Below, in pieces: positions 16,179 to 20,000 of a DNA stretch of 20,000 nt (positions are counted from its first letter, which is position 1; the number at the start of each line of letters is the position of its first letter). The DNA is from an uncultured virus (IMG/VR IMGVR_UViG_3300035208_003226). Its lineage: Duplodnaviria > Heunggongvirae > Uroviricota > Caudoviricetes. The notes below the pieces were generated by a model, which saw only the letters and a program-made list of their open reading frames with translations, was not told where the DNA came from and made no database searches. The stretch lies in the IMG/VR virus record IMGVR_UViG_3300035208_003226. One strand, 5' to 3'. The translations under genes and the position numbers were made by a program.

Positions 16179-16510
16179 ATTTCCTCCCACATTTCATCAA
16201 ATTCTTCCTTTGTAATAGTATTTTCATTCATATCATAATAACTCTCACTAAATCCATCATTATCTAAATATCGGTTATGAACACATTTATTAAAATTACT
16301 GTATTCACTCCAACATTTGTTTCCCTCATTATCATAAGTAAAAATCTCATTTCCTTTAAAATCATATTCACTCCATCGTTCAAAACCATTTTCCATATAT
16401 TTTAAATGTAAAATATTTCCATTCATATCATACCAATATTCTACAATATATCCATAAGCTTCAACCCTCTTATAATCAACATATGGTTGTTTTAATCTAT
16501 ATTCTGTCAT
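16175..16510 (-). CDS. Small YD-like beta-hairpin repeat protein (111 aa)
   Basis: WYDMNGN, WSEYDFKGN, TYDNEGN, YYDMNEN; ends ITKEEFDEMWEEI. Confidence 0.7.
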   Translation of the reverse strand: MTEYRLKQPYVDYKRVEAYGYIVEYWYDMNGNILHLKYMENGFERWSEYDFKGNEIFTYDNEGNKCWSEYSNFNKCVHNRYLDNDGFSESYYDMNENTITKEEFDEMWEEI

Positions 16511-17421
16511 TCTTGCAACTCCTCAATATTTATATAATCCCCCGAACTTTGTAACTCTTCATCATCTCGCCAATCTTCTTCATCAACTCCGTCTTGTTTG
16601 CAATCCCAACTATAAATATAATCTCGAACAATAGTGAAAAACATTTCTGTATTATCTTTATTCAAAAACTTAAACAACAAGCAACCCTTTCCAACATTCT
16701 CAGGTTCATACTCTGCAAAATCTTTTTGCAACGCTTTTCTTAATGCTTTATGCAAACTAAAAATCTTTACTGTATTGTTCATCATAATAGCATTTCTTCC
16801 ATAATTTATGAAATTTGGTTTAGCATCAACCTTTTGTCCAAATATGTCTTTCTGTCCTTTTGCCGAACTACTATAAACTGGTTCTTTAACCTTGCTCTCG
16901 ATAATCTCTTTCATCTCGTTTTCTATATCGTGATTAATAACGCAAAATCCAATATCATTTAAACTGAAAGTTATAAAAGGTTCTCTATACTCAACCCTTA
17001 CCAAATGTTTTCCTTTGCTACTAACGATATAAACCGTTAATTTTCTATGCTCCGAAAAAGAATTTATCAACCCCTCATCAACGCCACTCCAAAAACAACC
17101 CATAGTATTATGACTGTGCCATTCTCCCATAATTCTATTACACTCCTCAGGATGTTCTCTCATCAAACCTGAAATTTGAGTTGTGCTAAAATCAATTCCT
17201 CCTTTATCTGCTTCTTGTTCTGGAAATATTAAATCTTCTAACAACAACATATCATCTTCTATCTTGCCAATAATAAATCCTCCAATCTCCTTATCATAAT
17301 TGCTACTCATCCAATCAATAATATCCTTAAACTTTCTACTCATAACCACCTTATACCCAAAAGTGTATTTTGCTGTTTTCTTATCTTCTCTTTTATCTTC
17401 TTCTTTATCTTCCCAAGTCAT
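16507..17421 (-). CDS. JAB/MPN+ (JAMM) metalloisopeptidase with C-terminal extension
   Basis: KEIGG catalytic Glu; WHSHNTMGCFWSGVD matches HxH-x7-S-x2-D. Start moved to 17421 (GAGGT, ATGA overlap). Confidence 0.9.
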   Translation of the reverse strand: MTWEDKEEDKREDKKTAKYTFGYKVVMSRKFKDIIDWMSSNYDKEIGGFIIGKIEDDMLLLEDLIFPEQEADKGGIDFSTTQISGLMREHPEECNRIMGEWHSHNTMGCFWSGVDEGLINSFSEHRKLTVYIVSSKGKHLVRVEYREPFITFSLNDIGFCVINHDIENEMKEIIESKVKEPVYSSSAKGQKDIFGQKVDAKPNFINYGRNAIMMNNTVKIFSLHKALRKALQKDFAEYEPENVGKGCLLFKFLNKDNTEMFFTIVRDYIYSWDCKQDGVDEEDWRDDEELQSSGDYINIEELQE

Positions 17422-17705
17422 ATTTCTACCTCTTCCCATAACATATTAAATTCTTCCTCTGTGATGTTATTATAATAATCATCAAACCATTCTTCCTCTA
17501 CTATCGTTTCATTTTTATCTTCTCCAAATACAATTTTTTTAGTATGAATCTCATTTCCATAAACACTAAAATCACTATATTGTTCTTCTTTAACATTTTT
17601 ATAATGCTCTATCTCCCATTCTCCATCAACATATATATATTTACAATTGCCACTAAACTTCACTGTTCCTTCTGCTATTCTTGGTATTTTTAATTTATAT
17701 ATCAT
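17418..17705 (-). CDS. Small protein paralogous to 16175..16510 (95 aa)
   Basis: Starts YKLKIP (cf. YRLKQP); ends ITEEEFNMLWEEVEI. Confidence 0.65.
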   Translation of the reverse strand: MIYKLKIPRIAEGTVKFSGNCKYIYVDGEWEIEHYKNVKEEQYSDFSVYGNEIHTKKIVFGEDKNETIVEEEWFDDYYNNITEEEFNMLWEEVEI

Positions 17706-17706
17706 T

Positions 17707-18939
17707 TTAATCCTCGTGAACAATATTAGGTATGTTCATATTCAGATAATTTGTGACTCTTTCAGCTGTTGCAACAAGTTCGTTTCTTGCTGTTCCTACT
17801 TCTTCTTTCTTTGGTTTTATTCCCAATTCTCCTGTCCAGTATCCAATAGCAATATACTTATCATTTGGTGTATAACTCTTTGCCCATAAGTTAAGCATAT
17901 AAATCAAATCTTTAAATTTGAATCTTGCTAACAAATCATAAATAATTGTTTGTCTATCACTTCCCCAACAAACTTGACCACAATCTCCCCAAAGAACATG
18001 AGGATGTATAATTTCTCTGTCATATCCATCATACCAAACTGTTTTTCTTTTTAGATTATCAACATAAATTTTATTTGGTGTTATAAAAAATTCAATCTCT
18101 CCAATAGGCACTTCTTTCTCAATCCCATCTTTGCCCTTATATCCTGCAACTTTAATGCTAACATCGCCAATATTAACTCTGATTCCATCATTCTCAACCT
18201 TAACACTTTTTACAAACTTCAAACTTTCTATTTCTTTCAATTCTTTAATTAACATTTCTTTACCATTATCAGCAAATCTTATCAAAGCACTCTTCTCTGT
18301 TTCTGCATTAATTCTGTTTCTTATATTGTTCATAACTTCTGATTCATATTGCTTTATATAATTGTCATAATTCTTTATACTTATCTCTTTATCTTCAATC
18401 TTTTTTCTTATTCCTGCCAAAAATTCTACAGAAACAATATCGTAAATATCCTTTTTTATATCTTTTTCTTTAATGCCGTATCTTTTCATACAACTTTCTA
18501 AAACAACTTCAAGTAACCAAAACAAAGCATTGTTCTTTAATTCCAAATTCATTTGTGTGTTATGAAAAATAGGATAGTAAAACAACACCAAATTTCTATC
18601 AGGATAATATCTTCCTACAACAACTTCTCCCAATTTCTCATCCTTATAACAAATATCATCTTTGCTTTCTCCTTTTAATCTTTTAACATAACAATTGCAT
18701 GATAAACATCCTTTTAAACTCAATATTTCAGAAAATATTTCCCCAATTTCGCTTCTTTGAGAACTCGTTAAAGTTGGAAAAACACTTAATGTCAACTCAT
18801 TATAATAGTTTGTTTCTAAATCTAATGGAGCATTATACATAATTTTCTTAAATCCCATTTCGCTCAAAATCTTATTTATCTTTAATGCTACTGCTCCATA
18901 ACCTTGTAATTGTTGTATTAAATTTAATCCTGATATCAT
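17707..18939 (-). CDS. Prokaryotic E2/UBC-like protein with N-terminal domain and coiled coil
   Basis: C-terminal IIHPHVLWGDCGQVCWGS parallels the UBC motif HPN(V/I)xxxGxICL; predicted coiled coil around residues 175-240; lies between the Ubl and JAB genes. Confidence 0.75.
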   Translation of the reverse strand: MISGLNLIQQLQGYGAVALKINKILSEMGFKKIMYNAPLDLETNYYNELTLSVFPTLTSSQRSEIGEIFSEILSLKGCLSCNCYVKRLKGESKDDICYKDEKLGEVVVGRYYPDRNLVLFYYPIFHNTQMNLELKNNALFWLLEVVLESCMKRYGIKEKDIKKDIYDIVSVEFLAGIRKKIEDKEISIKNYDNYIKQYESEVMNNIRNRINAETEKSALIRFADNGKEMLIKELKEIESLKFVKSVKVENDGIRVNIGDVSIKVAGYKGKDGIEKEVPIGEIEFFITPNKIYVDNLKRKTVWYDGYDREIIHPHVLWGDCGQVCWGSDRQTIIYDLLARFKFKDLIYMLNLWAKSYTPNDKYIAIGYWTGELGIKPKKEEVGTARNELVATAERVTNYLNMNIPNIVHED

Positions 18940-19088
18940 TGTTCTTCTCCCTCAATATAATCAAACATATCAAATGTTTCACTATCTTTTTCTGAACCAT
19001 TAGTTCTCATAAATTTAATTTTTTTTATATTAAATACATTCTGTAATGCAGTAATCACTTCTTCTATTGTAATTTTTTTTGTTATCAT
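18936..19088 (-). CDS. Hypothetical protein (50 aa)
   Basis: Hand-translated MITKKITIEEVITALQNVF...IEGEEQ; ATGA overlap with the E2 gene. Confidence 0.6.
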   Translation of the reverse strand: MITKKITIEEVITALQNVFNIKKIKFMRTNGSEKDSETFDMFDYIEGEEQ

Positions 19089-19166
19089 ATTCTTTTTATG
19101 TCTCTTTTTGTTGTTTTAACTTTTTAAAAATGAAAAATAAAGGAAAAATAAAAACACTTCGAATTC

Positions 19167-19403
19167 CTAATCCTTTCCATTCTTTAAGTTCTTAACGATA
19201 AAGTAACTTTGTTCATCATACGCATTTGCGTTCAATTCTACTTTGTTTCCGTATTCATCATTAACTTCTTCACCAGTTGATAATGTAATACTTGCACTTG
19301 AAAGCAAATCGCTTACTCTATCGCCTTCCTTAAAACCAACAGTCTTCATTTCGCTTCCAAAACGACCTACTGTTGCTTTTCCGAAGACAACATCATCTGA
19401 CAT
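19167..19403 (-). CDS. Ubiquitin-like beta-grasp protein (78 aa) ending KNLKNG-KD
   Basis: Strand-strand-helix (GDRVSDLL)-strand pattern, typical size, near-terminal Gly, E1/E2/JAB context. Start at 19403 behind GGAGG. Confidence 0.72.
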   Translation of the reverse strand: MSDDVVFGKATVGRFGSEMKTVGFKEGDRVSDLLSSASITLSTGEEVNDEYGNKVELNANAYDEQSYFIVKNLKNGKD

Positions 19404-19824
19404 TTTTTCCTCCATTTTTTGATTTATTTGTCACCTGATTTTCAGGTAGATTATCAACCTTGTAATTGCATTTGCTTGCAATCTTCATAATCTTTTCTTC
19501 TGTTTTTGCATCAGCATAAAGTTCAGCTCCATCCTTTGACCACAACTTAAATACCCTAAACCAATCGGTATGAATCTCGGTATCATTAACATACTTATTT
19601 GTAGCCAAATACGTAGCTAAATTCTCGCACATAACTCTCATAGCACCAGCACTAATAACACCTTCGCTTTCAAAAGTCAAATCTATCTTATATTTCACCT
19701 TGGCCATCTTCTTTTCAGCAGAGCCAGAAGAATGGATAAACTTCCTTTCAGAATTTACTTTGTCAAAAGTTTTACTTCCGTCCCTCTGTTGTGTTTGACT
19801 ATTTGATTTTTTATTTTGTTTCAT
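19393..19824 (-). CDS. Hypothetical protein (143 aa)
   Basis: Overlaps both neighbours; start uncertain. Confidence 0.65.
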   Translation of the reverse strand: MKQNKKSNSQTQQRDGSKTFDKVNSERKFIHSSGSAEKKMAKVKYKIDLTFESEGVISAGAMRVMCENLATYLATNKYVNDTEIHTDWFRVFKLWSKDGAELYADAKTEEKIMKIASKCNYKVDNLPENQVTNKSKNGGKNVR

Positions 19825-19982
19825 ATTCTTAACTTCCTAAAAACCTCATTAAAATCTGCCAATAACATTCTTATTTCTGAAAGTTCTTGTCTTAATAACG
19901 GGTCTTTTAAATCTTCTATACTCAACTCTTTAATTAACTCACCCATCTTTTTAAATTCTTCTATTTTGTTTGTTTCTTTCAT
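19821..19982 (-). CDS. Hypothetical helical protein (about 53 aa; may start beyond the window)
   Basis: Hand-translated MKETNKIEEFKKMGELIKEL...RKLRI; ATGA overlap; frame is open to the window edge. Confidence 0.55.
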   Translation of the reverse strand: MKETNKIEEFKKMGELIKELSIEDLKDPLLRQELSEIRMLLADFNEVFRKLRI

Positions 19983-20000
19983 TTTTCTTCCTGTAAATAA

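Noticed and set aside
1408..18361. All plus-strand ORFs in the track
   Set aside because: They are antisense shadows of well-supported minus-strand genes, with no recognisable motifs.
1..20000. tRNA, rRNA or alternative genetic code
   Set aside because: No RNA gene was recognised in the short gaps, and long ORFs are intact under the standard code.

Overview
An AT-rich, densely coding segment of a tailed (Caudoviricetes-like) virus or provirus, with all credible genes on the minus strand. The host is probably an archaeon, possibly DPANN (inferred from TATA-box promoters, a GGTGA-type RBS, DUF2080 and ERCC4 genes, and a sequon-rich surface protein). In transcription order (right to left) it contains: (1) an apparently complete ubiquitin-like conjugation module (beta-grasp Ubl, E2-like, JAB/MPN+ protease, ThiF/E1) interleaved with two paralogous small genes; (2) an 869-bp non-autonomous IS200/IS605-type element carrying only a DNA methyltransferase, whose removal restores the native gene junction; (3) small coupled genes joined by repeated junction sequences; (4) an ERCC4 nuclease and an RHH-like regulator; (5) a packaging/head module (probable TerS, two HNH nucleases, TerL, portal-MuF fusion) whose intergenic gaps share a palindrome and promoter motif; (6) a Gly/Ser repeat protein and a membrane-anchored beta-helix protein truncated at the left edge. 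All family assignments come from reading motifs by eye; no database search was run.
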